Origin: an uncultured Candidatus Saccharibacteria bacterium
GTDB lineage: Bacteria > Patescibacteriota > Minisyncoccia > Phycocordibacterales > UBA6065
Reading direction: 5' to 3'
Assembly: GCA_964559755.1 (NCBI GenBank)
Contig: CAZLHP010000003.1
Span: forward strand, 10,465 to 74,464
DNA length: 64,000 bases
A model generated the notes under the pieces. The model was not told the DNA's origin. It made no database searches and was given only the letters and a program-made list of their open reading frames with translations. The translations under genes and the position numbers were made by a program. This document shows, piece by piece, positions 9,751 through 19,553 of this stretch (positions within the stretch are counted from its first letter, which is position 1; each line of letters opens with the position of its first letter).

Positions 9751-9774
9751 CTTTTAGGTGTTAGGTTTTAGAAA
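9751..9774 (+). repeat. Copy 1 of a recurring post-stop-codon motif cttttaggtgttaggttttagaaa
   Basis: Near-identical motif also at 21689-21714 and 22958-22989, each immediately after a stop codon. Confidence 0.5.
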
Positions 9775-9834
9775 ACCAAAAAGTGTTTTAAATTCCTACC
9801 GAAAGCCAACACCTGAAACCTGATAACTGTGTTT

Positions 9835-10887
9835 TTAAAATGGATTTTTCGCTCCACGAATCTCAAAGTGAACATGAGGCCCTGTAGATTTTCCTGTGTT
9901 TCCAAGGGAGCCAATTGTTTCACCCTGCTTGATAAGTTGTCCCTGCTCAACAGACACTGTGTTCATGTGACCGTATAGAGTCTGTGTTCCGTTCGGATGA
10001 GAGATAACGACATACTTTCCATAACCACCATTCCAACCTGAGGAACGAGCAACAATGACAACACCCTCAGCAGAAGCAACAATCGGAGTTCCGATAGCCG
10101 AAGCGATGTCCACAGCATTGTAGCCGTGTAGACCTTGAGACTTACGTCCACCGATGATAGGGCGGAGATAGTACCCTTCGTAAAGAGGACCTCCGCCTCC
10201 CAAAACCTTTGCAGTTGATTTTGTCACAACAACAGAAGGTGCTTCGCCGTCAGGAATAATAAGTTTTGTACCTACAGCGAGAACCTCATCACCTTTGAGG
10301 TTGTTGAAAGTAATTACCTCATCGAGATCTGCTTTATATTTACGCACAATAGAACGGAGAGTGTCCCCTTTAACAACGGTGTAACTCACTCCTGATACCG
10401 GCAAGATAACAAGGGTGTCGCCTTCACGAATAGTATTTGAAATAGCATTTGCCCACTTGATCGTGTTTACAGAAACACCAAACATTTTGGCAATTTCAGA
10501 GAGAGAATCTCCCGCACGAACAACATAGAGACTGATCTGAGAGGACTTGGTGTCATCAATATCTGCAAGGGTTCCAGAAACACCAGTTTCTGTTACGAGA
10601 GCACCACCAGAAGTAATGACGATATCAACATTGGCCTTTGATGAAGCAACGTAGGGATTAAAAGCAGCTTGAAGTAAAGCCATATTTTGACTATTCACTG
10701 TATTTTCAGGAACAGCGGCAGACACCTCTTCACCCATGAGTTCAGACACAAAAGAAAACACTCCGGCATGGAGTGTGACCGGAATGCCAAACACAAACAA
10801 AAAAACAAAAGATGAGCAAAGGATAAACTTTGTAAAAAGTCTTATTTTAAGCCATTTTTTTATCATTTTCGGTGCCAACATACCCAA
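9835..10887 (-). CDS. LysM-domain peptidoglycan hydrolase, peptidase M23 family
   Basis: LysM (GDSLSEIAKMFGVSVNTIKWANAI) and C-terminal M23 motifs HxxxD...GNTGKSTGPHVHFEI; the real start may be the internal Met near 10866. Confidence 0.8.
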   Translation of the reverse strand: MGMLAPKMIKKWLKIRLFTKFILCSSFVFLFVFGIPVTLHAGVFSFVSELMGEEVSAAVPENTVNSQNMALLQAAFNPYVASSKANVDIVITSGGALVTETGVSGTLADIDDTKSSQISLYVVRAGDSLSEIAKMFGVSVNTIKWANAISNTIREGDTLVILPVSGVSYTVVKGDTLRSIVRKYKADLDEVITFNNLKGDEVLAVGTKLIIPDGEAPSVVVTKSTAKVLGGGGPLYEGYYLRPIIGGRKSQGLHGYNAVDIASAIGTPIVASAEGVVIVARSSGWNGGYGKYVVISHPNGTQTLYGHMNTVSVEQGQLIKQGETIGSLGNTGKSTGPHVHFEIRGAKNPF

Positions 10888-10961
10888 AAAAGAAAATGAA
10901 TTGTGAGAGAAAGTAGAAATAAGTCTATATATTAAGCGGTCCTACAGAATTTCTGTTTTAC

Positions 10962-11089
10962 GGCTCTGTGTAGCCATATTTTAGGTGTACGGGCGTTTCA
11001 GTACCCATACACTATACTCTGAGGCTTTTCAAAGTCAACGCCCGTAATCCAGAACTAATCCACAGACAAAAAAGAGGCTACACAGAGCC
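10962..11089 (+). promoter_or_regulatory. Nested inverted-repeat element in the divergent promoter region upstream of pcrA
   Basis: Outer 14 bp arms ggctctgtgtagcc (10962-10975) / ggctacacagagcc (11076-11089), each followed by atattt; inner 9 bp arms acgggcgtt (10989-10997) / aacgcccgt (11037-11045). Confidence 0.35.
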
Positions 11090-11138
11090 ATATTTCGTAA
11101 TTTTTTGAGAGTCCCTTGATTGGTGTTATAGTTTCTTA

Positions 11139-13079
11139 GTGACACATCTCACCGGACTCAATGAGGAGCAGAAAAAGGCGGTTCTTCACACAGAAGGACC
11201 GCTTCTTATACTTGCAGGTGCGGGTGCAGGAAAAACAAAAACTGTTACTCACAGAATATTGCACCTCATTAAACAAGGAACAGCACCTAAAAACATTCTT
11301 GCTATAACTTTTACAAACAAAGCAGCAAAAGAAATGAGGGAAAGAGTGTACCACCTCATACAAAACGACACCGAACTCAATAGACCTATCTCTTTTGACG
11401 AGAGGCCTTTTGTAAGTACTTTTCACTCCCTCGGAGTACATATTATGAAAGAAAACAGTGTCCTTCTCGGACTACCAAAACATTTTGGTATTTTTGATAG
11501 AGGCGATTCAAAGAGGGTGGTCAAAGAAGCACTTGAAGAAAAGGGATTGGATACCAAAGAATACGATCCGAACCTTATCTTGAACATGATTTCTCGAGAA
11601 AAAGGAAATGATGTGACCTTGGAAGGCTTTAGAGATCGTGGGTTGTCCGACTACATGAGCGATATCATCCAAAGTGTTTGGGAAAAATACGAAAAGGCGC
11701 TCGAGCGAGAAAAAGCAGTGGACTTTGACGATCTTCTTCTCAAAACAGCTCGCTTACTTAGAACGAATACCGAGGTACGAGAGCACTATCAAAAAACATG
11801 GACGTACATTCATGTGGATGAGTATCAGGATACAAACAAAGTTCAATATTCAATAATGAAGTCACTCGCGGGTGAAAAGAAAAATATATGCGTAGTTGGA
11901 GATGTCGACCAAAACATTTATAGCTGGAGAGGTGCAGATATAAAGAATATTTTAAATTTCGAAAAAGATTTTGCAGGAGCAACGACAATAATGCTCGAGG
12001 AAAACTACCGATCAACACAAACCATACTCTCTGTTGCAAATCACGTTATCAAAAAAAATAAAAACAGATTTGAAAAAAATCTCTTTACTAAAAAAGGGGC
12101 AGGGGAGCTTATAACCGTTTTTGAGGCTTTTGATGAAAATGACGAAGCGCGTTTTGTTGCCGACAAAGCTACAGACCTTATAGAAAAAGGTGTTTCTCCC
12201 CAGGAAATAGCTGTACTGTACCGAGCAAACTTTCAATCACGTGTGCTCGAGGAGGCGTTTCTCACGAAAAGCGTTCCATATCAAGTGCTCGGTGTAAAAT
12301 TCTTTGAGAGAAAAGAAGTGCGTGATGTTCTGGCCTACATACGAGCATCCCTTAACCCAGACTCTCTCTCTGATCTGAAAAGGATTATAAATGTACCGCC
12401 TCGAGGAATCGGCAAAGTAACTATCGCAAAAATATTTGGTGGTCAGGAATCAGACCTATCATCCGCCCACAAAGAAAAGTGGCAAAACTTTAAAGACCTC
12501 CTCATGCGAATAAAAAACGTCACCCAGACACAGAAGACGTCGGATGCAGTAAAGTACGTCATTAAGCAATCGGGAATGGAGGAACATTTTTCAAGCGGAA
12601 CAGGTGAGGACGAGGAACGTCTCGAAAACATACGAGAGCTCGCAACCCTAGCTTCAAAATATGACATCATGCCTCCAGGAGAAGGCATCGAAAAACTTCT
12701 TGAAGAATCAGCGCTTCATAGTGATCAAGATGAGATGAAGGAAGAACAAAATGCTGTGAGACTCATGACTGTACACGCATCGAAAGGACTTGAGTTTGAT
12801 TACATTTTTATTGTTGGACTCGAACAGGATCTTTTTCCTCACAAACCAGGAGAGAGTAAAAAAGGATCACGAGACAATGAGGAAGAAAGAAGGCTTTTTT
12901 ATGTGGCGCTGACGCGAGCACGACTCAAACTCTTTCTTACGTATGCAAATATGCGTACGTTATTTGGATCCCGACAAATGAGCGTCCCTTCAGAATTCAT
13001 TTTTGACATACCTGACGAGCACCTCCAAAAAGAAGAGCGTTTCGAAGGAAGAAAAAAAGTTATCTATTTTGATATATAA
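11139..13079 (+). CDS. pcrA: ATP-dependent DNA helicase UvrD/PcrA/Rep family
   Basis: LNEEQKKAVLHTEGPLLILAGAGAGKTKTVTHRI (Walker A), DEYQDTN (motif II) and the downstream helicase motifs. Confidence 0.85.
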   Translation: MTHLTGLNEEQKKAVLHTEGPLLILAGAGAGKTKTVTHRILHLIKQGTAPKNILAITFTNKAAKEMRERVYHLIQNDTELNRPISFDERPFVSTFHSLGVHIMKENSVLLGLPKHFGIFDRGDSKRVVKEALEEKGLDTKEYDPNLILNMISREKGNDVTLEGFRDRGLSDYMSDIIQSVWEKYEKALEREKAVDFDDLLLKTARLLRTNTEVREHYQKTWTYIHVDEYQDTNKVQYSIMKSLAGEKKNICVVGDVDQNIYSWRGADIKNILNFEKDFAGATTIMLEENYRSTQTILSVANHVIKKNKNRFEKNLFTKKGAGELITVFEAFDENDEARFVADKATDLIEKGVSPQEIAVLYRANFQSRVLEEAFLTKSVPYQVLGVKFFERKEVRDVLAYIRASLNPDSLSDLKRIINVPPRGIGKVTIAKIFGGQESDLSSAHKEKWQNFKDLLMRIKNVTQTQKTSDAVKYVIKQSGMEEHFSSGTGEDEERLENIRELATLASKYDIMPPGEGIEKLLEESALHSDQDEMKEEQNAVRLMTVHASKGLEFDYIFIVGLEQDLFPHKPGESKKGSRDNEEERRLFYVALTRARLKLFLTYANMRTLFGSRQMSVPSEFIFDIPDEHLQKEERFEGRKKVIYFDI

Positions 13080-13115
13080 TCAAAAACCATCTATCGTAAA
13101 ACCTATTAAAAAACT

Positions 13116-13892
13116 ATGTCCTTATTTGCAAAAAAATCACTTGGCCAAAACTTTCTTATATCCCCACGAATAACAGAGACCATTGCGCACACCGCTGACC
13201 TGAAAAAAGGCGACTGCGTGCTCGAAATAGGACCCGGCAAAGGCATGCTCACCCGCGAACTTCTCAAAACAGGTGCTCATGTTATTGCCGTAGAAAAAGA
13301 CGACCGCCTTATTCCTATACTCCTTGAAAACTTTGCTCGCGAAACACGAGAGGGAAGGTTTACCCTTATACATGGAGACATTCTAGAAATAGACCTGAGC
13401 ACGGTTATCACCGAACCCTACAAAGTAGTGGCGAACATTCCTTACTATATTACGGGAGAAATATTCAGACTTTTTCTTTCTGATATAAAAAACAAACCCA
13501 CAGCGATACTGCTTATGGTCCAAAAAGAAATTGCACAGAGACTCAAAGATACAAAAGAAAGCATCCTTTCCTTGTCAGTAAAAGCATATGGAAGTGTTTC
13601 TATTGTTACGCACGTATCCCGAGGAAATTTTTTCCCCGTACCAAACGTAGACTCGACAGTCATACACATACACTCAATCCATGATCCTTTTGTAAACAGC
13701 GATCACGAACAAAGGTTTTTTGAAATCGTAAAAGCAGGATTTGCACACAAGCGAAAAAAACTTATCTCAAACCTAAACAATGTGTTTGAAAAAGAAAAAA
13801 TACATACCTTATTTAAAGAAAATAATATAGCAGAAAACGTGAGGTCTGAGGACATTCCTCTAGAAACATGGTTACTCTTGGCGCAAAAATAA
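13116..13892 (+). CDS. rsmA: 16S rRNA (adenine1518-N6/adenine1519-N6)-dimethyltransferase
   Basis: SLGQNFLISPRI...VLEIGPGKGMLTREL SAM-binding motif and the NIPY motif. Confidence 0.85.
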   Translation: MSLFAKKSLGQNFLISPRITETIAHTADLKKGDCVLEIGPGKGMLTRELLKTGAHVIAVEKDDRLIPILLENFARETREGRFTLIHGDILEIDLSTVITEPYKVVANIPYYITGEIFRLFLSDIKNKPTAILLMVQKEIAQRLKDTKESILSLSVKAYGSVSIVTHVSRGNFFPVPNVDSTVIHIHSIHDPFVNSDHEQRFFEIVKAGFAHKRKKLISNLNNVFEKEKIHTLFKENNIAENVRSEDIPLETWLLLAQK

Positions 13893-13894
13893 AT

Positions 13895-14281
13895 TTATTT
13901 TCCAGCAGGAAGACCTGTTCCCACAAAACCCATCACCCCAATACTTGGTAGAGGGAAACACCCTGTTACTGCATACATCCAACACGCCTGTACACCAGGG
14001 ACATACGCTCCGAGATGAGGCACACCAGGAACTGTTGGCAAATAATTCGCCATAACATAGGTACCAGCAGGATAATAAACGAGAGGTCCTGTAACAGGAA
14101 GAGATGACAAATAGAGAGGTGCAAACCATGCCCATGTAGCAACTGAACACGTACAAGGAATAGTTTCAACAGGCCACCCTCCGAACTGGAGAAGTGGCGG
14201 AACGAGAGCGCTCGTCGTAAAAGGTAGGACGCTACAAAACGCAAAGGCCATAGTCACAACAAAATACAAAACTCGTTTCAT
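13895..14281 (-). CDS. Small secreted Pro/aromatic-rich hypothetical protein
   Basis: ORF with an N-terminal signal peptide; operon-like with the upstream minus-strand gene. Confidence 0.4.
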   Translation of the reverse strand: MKRVLYFVVTMAFAFCSVLPFTTSALVPPLLQFGGWPVETIPCTCSVATWAWFAPLYLSSLPVTGPLVYYPAGTYVMANYLPTVPGVPHLGAYVPGVQACWMYAVTGCFPLPSIGVMGFVGTGLPAGK

Positions 14282-14284
14282 GAT

Positions 14285-15439
14285 TTAAAATTGAACGTTA
14301 AAAACAAAAGTATCTTTATTATACCCCTGAGGAGTAGCGACGATAACCAAGACCTGTATTACCTTACCCTTTACATAGTCCAAATCTTTAATTTTTGACA
14401 CAAGACTTGAATCAGAGAGTCTGAATTGAATAGATGAATCAGAGACAGAAATATTTTCTATAACACCAAGTGAGGTATAGAGACCGGATGCGCCTGAAAA
14501 ATGTTCTCCGTACAGAGTAATACTATCGAGATACGACGGAAGGGAAGGTGAGACTGAAGTAATGACGGGACGAGGTATGGGATTTTGAGTGATAGTCAGA
14601 CGAATAGGCTGGGAGTCGTTCCTGCTTGTACCTTTGCTGTTCGTAACCCATGCATCGTATACACCATCTGAAATACCTGAAGGCACAACAAAAGAAAGAG
14701 TCATTCCGTCTGCACTTGATAAACCAGACACCTCGTAACCACCGATCGATACTGTGTTTTCTGTTGATGTAAAACCAAAACCAGAAGCAATGAGTTCTGA
14801 TCCAGGACGAATCTGTGTCTCAGAAAAAGCAAAAAGTTTGAGTGGAGAATTTTTGAGACGATCGTAGAAACCCTGAAGTGAGAACCGTGCTTCATTTTGA
14901 GATGATACAGAACCACTCGGACGAGAAAAGGTGCTGTTTGTTTTTGCAACAGAGGGGATAGGTGTTTCTTTTTTTGAAAAAGAAAGAGGAGGGGGAACTA
15001 CATCAACAATACTCGTGTTCACTCTTTCGTTTTTTGGATTTGAAATTTTTTCTTTACAATACGCCTCTGAGTAAGCCCCCACTACAAACGAACACAAAGA
15101 AGTGTCTTGTTTTTCATAAGCAACCTGAGTCACACAATCGTTTGATTCAACTTGGTTTTTTGAAAAACAATCATATACAGCCTCATTTTTTTCATTCTTT
15201 TCAACAGTTACAGTGTACGAAGGGAGAGTGTTCTGTTTTGTATCTGAACCAACAAAGATCTCTTTGAAACAAGGAAGAAGAGGATTCTCTCCTTGAAAAG
15301 CAACACAAGGAATCTCCCCCTGAGAGGCAACAGGAGCATTGTTTTCCTTTTTTAAAAACCACCAGAGAGAAAGTCCGATGCAAACCGAGAGAAATATTAT
15401 AAAAAAAATTTTCTTTTTCACACGTATAGTATAACTCAA
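14285..15439 (-). CDS. Hypothetical secreted/membrane-anchored protein
   Basis: ORF; N-terminal TM/signal segment FFIIFLSVCIGLSLWWF. Confidence 0.45.
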   Translation of the reverse strand: MSYTIRVKKKIFFIIFLSVCIGLSLWWFLKKENNAPVASQGEIPCVAFQGENPLLPCFKEIFVGSDTKQNTLPSYTVTVEKNEKNEAVYDCFSKNQVESNDCVTQVAYEKQDTSLCSFVVGAYSEAYCKEKISNPKNERVNTSIVDVVPPPLSFSKKETPIPSVAKTNSTFSRPSGSVSSQNEARFSLQGFYDRLKNSPLKLFAFSETQIRPGSELIASGFGFTSTENTVSIGGYEVSGLSSADGMTLSFVVPSGISDGVYDAWVTNSKGTSRNDSQPIRLTITQNPIPRPVITSVSPSLPSYLDSITLYGEHFSGASGLYTSLGVIENISVSDSSIQFRLSDSSLVSKIKDLDYVKGKVIQVLVIVATPQGYNKDTFVFNVQF

Positions 15440-15493
15440 GAGACATCACATAGAGAAAACGATACTAAAATCATTTCTGATATACTTACAAGC

Positions 15494-16453
15494 ATGATGA
15501 AAAGTAAAATTATCCTAGCTCTCATTATTGCGTCTTTTTTTATTCTTACAGCGTTTCTTATTAAAGTGAACCAGACAAAGAAAACCCCTGAAAAGAGCGA
15601 TGTTGCTGTGATTATTGACTCTACGGTCAAAAAAGCACTTGCTGAAGACTCGGATGAGGACGGTCTCAAGGACTGGGAAGAGGGAATACGCGGAACAGAC
15701 CCTAATAAAGCAGATACCGACGGTGATGGAACTGATGACGGTGTGGAAATACAAGACGGCCGAGATCCACTCGTACTAGGGCCAAATGACAAGGAAAACA
15801 CTAATGAAACCGAAGAAAATCTCCTTCCAAAGAAAAAACCCACCGCAACAGACCTTTTTTCACGAGAAATACTAGAAAAATACCTAGAAGCAAAGAAAAA
15901 CGGGCTTGAAATAGACACCAGTCTGGAAGAACAGATCGCAAACATGGTATTAAACAAGGATTACGAAGGAGAAATAACCTTTTTTGATGAAAACAACTTA
16001 GTGACTAGCCCAAACGAAAGTCCTGATTTTATAAGGTCCTACGGAAACGCTATTGGCACCATTCTTACAACACCCCCTGTTCCAAACACGCCCAATGAGA
16101 TAGAAATTCTGAAGGACATTCAAATTAATGGCTTAACAGAGGATCATATAACAAACTCAAAGCTTCTCGTCGAAAGGTATAACTTCATGTTGTCGAAACT
16201 TGTTTTAATGACGACTCCCAAAGAAGCGTCCACCTCCCATGTCGAAATAATAAGAGGAATCCAGGTGTTGCGTGACACAGCAGAAACAATACAAACTTTC
16301 GAAAATGACCCTATAGGATCTCTCCCTAAAATAGCACGCTATGAGGAGGGTTTAGGCTTGCTGACCACAGGAACCGGGAATTTAAAATCTTACTTTATCA
16401 AAAAAAATGTATTTTTTTATTCGAACGAAAATGGATACATTTTTTTTGAATAA
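15494..16453 (+). CDS. Membrane-anchored hypothetical protein with acidic calcium-binding-like (thrombospondin type 3-like DxDxDG) repeats
   Basis: N-terminal TM; DSDEDGLKDWEEGIRGTDPNKADTDGDGTDDGVEIQDGRDP. Confidence 0.45.
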   Translation: MMKSKIILALIIASFFILTAFLIKVNQTKKTPEKSDVAVIIDSTVKKALAEDSDEDGLKDWEEGIRGTDPNKADTDGDGTDDGVEIQDGRDPLVLGPNDKENTNETEENLLPKKKPTATDLFSREILEKYLEAKKNGLEIDTSLEEQIANMVLNKDYEGEITFFDENNLVTSPNESPDFIRSYGNAIGTILTTPPVPNTPNEIEILKDIQINGLTEDHITNSKLLVERYNFMLSKLVLMTTPKEASTSHVEIIRGIQVLRDTAETIQTFENDPIGSLPKIARYEEGLGLLTTGTGNLKSYFIKKNVFFYSNENGYIFFE

Positions 16454-16496
16454 TCTGTTTTAGTGGATATTTCAGAATGTTTTATTTGTTCCCCTA

Positions 16497-18818
16497 ATGT
16501 ATAATAAAAGAACAAGTTCCCCATTATTTATGAAGAGTGTGTACATAAAAATACTCTCGGTAGCCTTGGTTCTATCATTCGTTATTCCGAATACGTTCTT
16601 TCTTTATCCTAAAAAAGTAGAAGCGACTGGCGGAGCAGAGTCGTGTGCTGCAGGATACGTAATTGCAGGTGTGAGTAAAATAGTAGCAGCTATTTCTTCA
16701 GTTTACAGCGTACCTGATGAAAGCTCGGGAAATAACGCCTCCAATTATCAACAAGAAGCCTCAGCCTATAGTGGTTCTTTTACCGAATGTATCCTAAGGC
16801 CCCTTGCACAACACATGCTTATTTCTTTAATACGTAGACTTGGAGCGAGTACAGTTGAATGGGTAAATTCTGGTTTTGAAGGGAAACCTCTCTTTGTAAC
16901 AGACTTCGAAGGACTTCTCACTGATACTGCAGATGGAGTAATTGGAAAATTTATTGAAGGATCAGAACTTGGCTGGCTTTGTAAAGATTTTTCTCAACAG
17001 ATTAGTCTCTCTCTCGCTCTCAAATACAGCAAACCTACTCGTGAGAAATTCAGATGCACCCTGAGTGATATTGCAAATAACGCAGAAAACTTTTTAGAAG
17101 ATAATGGCGGACGAGGTTGGGACAACTGGCTCACACTCACCACACAACCGCAAAACAATGTGTATGGCGCGTACTTTACCGCTCAAGGAGAACTAGCACA
17201 AAGAGTTGCAGCAAAAGTAAATGACAAAACTCAGGAGGTTCAGAGAAATGCCGGCTTCCTCAACTTTACCTACTGTGAGGAAATGGAAACAATGGACGAC
17301 GCAATCGCGCGCGTAAGTGGAGCTACTTCGCCTTATGAGGTTGGAGGCTCAAATCTTCAGACAACGGCTCAACCAATACCAGAGTGTAAAGCTGGAAAAA
17401 CAAAAACGGGTACCCCAGGATCAATCATCGGTAGCAAACTCAGTAGCGTTATGAACCAAAGTGAAATACAAAATGCCGTTGCGACTGAGATTGATCAGGT
17501 TATTGGAGCCATTCTCAATCAACTCGCAGAAAAAGCAATGGATGGAGCGCAGGGTATACTTGGCCTTAGCAAGAAAAAATCTGTACAAACAGGATCAAGC
17601 TACCTAGCAAAATATAGGCAAGAATTATACGGTGCACAGTCCGGAACAGGAAGTATTATAATTCCCGCAACCTCAGAAATAGAAAATTACCGAGTAGAAA
17701 ATTACCTAGAAGCAATAGATTTAATAAACACCGATCCTCGAACGAAAGACCTACTTGCAACAACATCGAGGATAGCAAACGAGATTACCGAGGGACAAAT
17801 CGAAGCTAATGAGGAGGTTGTAAACAACCAAAATAATCCGACAGAAAGAAACACCGCACTTCTCAGGCCATCCACACAATCAAGCTCTGGCCTAGGTAAC
17901 GCATCGAATGCGGTAAATGGAATCAACGACGGTAACGTGACTCAGTATCTACCTCCCTCAATCACAGGGGAGGAACAAAACCCTTGGTGGCAAACAAACC
18001 TAGGAAGAAATACCTCAATACGCGAAGTTCGTATTTGGCGTGTCACAAATAAACCTGTATCTCAAACACTCGAGCAAATACAAGTAATCGTCTATGACGA
18101 AAATGACAATCAAGTTTGGCAGAGTAGTCCATTGTTTCCCACTGAGTCGAGCCCAAATCCACTCGTTGTACCTGTAGGAATTACAGGAAGCAAAGTTAGA
18201 ATACAAAAATTCGGAACGCTCGACTACCAGTGTAGAGAAACATTCTCTTTTGATGATCAGTATGAATATGATAGTTGTTATAGACCTCTTGAACTGGTTG
18301 AAGTCGAAGTTATTGAGACCATCACATCTCCAACAGTAAGTGGACCAGGTGGTGGTGCTACACCGACAATTCCAACAAATCCAACCACTAACCCTCCTAC
18401 AGGTAATCAAACCGGAGGAGCAAGTGTGTCAATGCAGAGTAATTCAACTGTCACATCAAGCATTCCTCTCAGTTATACATCAAGCGTCTCGTCAGTCTCA
18501 TCACGAACAGGGATTACTGTTATAACAAGCCTACAAACATCAGGTGGGGCTCCTGTGTCATTCTCTAGTGTGTTTGGATCGCTCGATCTCTACCACGGAA
18601 GACAAAACGGGACACTTTCTCTTGTTTCAATAACTGGAACAACTGAGTCATCTATTGTTATACGAGGAATGAGTCTTGATCCAAACAATGGTTACCGAAT
18701 AAACCTAAATGGAGCAAAGAGGGTAGGAGTCAGTGGTAATTACGTGATTGAAGTGAGAGTCCTTGATAGTGCTGGAAACAATCTCACCACACAACGAATA
18801 AACTTCGTAGTACAATAA
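16497..18818 (+). CDS. Large (773 aa) surface protein with a discoidin/F5-8 type C-like carbohydrate-binding module and a Ser/Thr/Pro-rich linker
   Basis: N-terminal TM/signal; NPWWQTNLGRNTSIREVRIWRVTN...VRIQKF resembles F5/8 type C; S/T/P-rich low-complexity region; first gene of the T4SS-like cluster. Confidence 0.5.
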   Translation: MYNKRTSSPLFMKSVYIKILSVALVLSFVIPNTFFLYPKKVEATGGAESCAAGYVIAGVSKIVAAISSVYSVPDESSGNNASNYQQEASAYSGSFTECILRPLAQHMLISLIRRLGASTVEWVNSGFEGKPLFVTDFEGLLTDTADGVIGKFIEGSELGWLCKDFSQQISLSLALKYSKPTREKFRCTLSDIANNAENFLEDNGGRGWDNWLTLTTQPQNNVYGAYFTAQGELAQRVAAKVNDKTQEVQRNAGFLNFTYCEEMETMDDAIARVSGATSPYEVGGSNLQTTAQPIPECKAGKTKTGTPGSIIGSKLSSVMNQSEIQNAVATEIDQVIGAILNQLAEKAMDGAQGILGLSKKKSVQTGSSYLAKYRQELYGAQSGTGSIIIPATSEIENYRVENYLEAIDLINTDPRTKDLLATTSRIANEITEGQIEANEEVVNNQNNPTERNTALLRPSTQSSSGLGNASNAVNGINDGNVTQYLPPSITGEEQNPWWQTNLGRNTSIREVRIWRVTNKPVSQTLEQIQVIVYDENDNQVWQSSPLFPTESSPNPLVVPVGITGSKVRIQKFGTLDYQCRETFSFDDQYEYDSCYRPLELVEVEVIETITSPTVSGPGGGATPTIPTNPTTNPPTGNQTGGASVSMQSNSTVTSSIPLSYTSSVSSVSSRTGITVITSLQTSGGAPVSFSSVFGSLDLYHGRQNGTLSLVSITGTTESSIVIRGMSLDPNNGYRINLNGAKRVGVSGNYVIEVRVLDSAGNNLTTQRINFVVQ

Positions 18819-18824
18819 AAAATA

Positions 18825-19553
18825 ATGCGTCGATTTCTATCAAAAAAAATCATGGTGGCACTTGTACTCTGTAGCATGGGAGTATTTCTTTTTGTGCCCC
18901 AGACTTCATACGCAGATGTATTAGACGTAGCGAGTTTTGTAGCAAATACCCTTTACGGCTCTATAGGAAAAGCTCTTTATGAATTACTCCAGACACCTCT
19001 ATCTTGGATACTCAGTTTAGCTGGTCAAATACTTGATTTCACAATCACTCTGTCTCTATCGGCAACAGACTTGTTTAATTCACCTGCCGTCAGCATCGGA
19101 TGGAAAGCAGTGCGGGACATTTTTAACATGTTCTTTATTTTCTCGCTTATCTACATATCCATAAAAACAATACTCAAATCAGGAGGATACAAAACATCAG
19201 ACGCTCTCAAGAACGTCATTATTGGCGCCGTCCTTATAAACTTCAGCCTATACTTCACAAAGATAGTTATTGATATTTCAAATGTTTTTGCTGTATGGAT
19301 TTACAATGGAATACAGGGATTAACTCCTGGTGGGGGAGGTGGAATAAGCAAGACAATACAAGACATCTTTTCATTTGAAAAAATGTTTCAAACAAAAGAG
19401 GTTAATGATTTGTCAGCATTTGCTGCTATTTTTGCCCTCATATTCCTCTATGCTGCTTCAATAAAAATATTTCTAGAGGTGAGCTTCTTGTTTATCACTC
19501 GAACCGTTATGTTTGTTTTTTTACTTATTATGTCTACTATTGGCTTTGTTTGA
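18825..19553 (+). CDS. Polytopic membrane protein, N-terminal part of a VirB6/TrbL-like T4SS component (ends at an in-frame TGA)
   Basis: Five or more hydrophobic helices; the frame stays open through the TGA at 19551-19553 into the next ORF. Confidence 0.45.
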   Translation: MRRFLSKKIMVALVLCSMGVFLFVPQTSYADVLDVASFVANTLYGSIGKALYELLQTPLSWILSLAGQILDFTITLSLSATDLFNSPAVSIGWKAVRDIFNMFFIFSLIYISIKTILKSGGYKTSDALKNVIIGAVLINFSLYFTKIVIDISNVFAVWIYNGIQGLTPGGGGGISKTIQDIFSFEKMFQTKEVNDLSAFAAIFALIFLYAASIKIFLEVSFLFITRTVMFVFLLIMSTIGFV

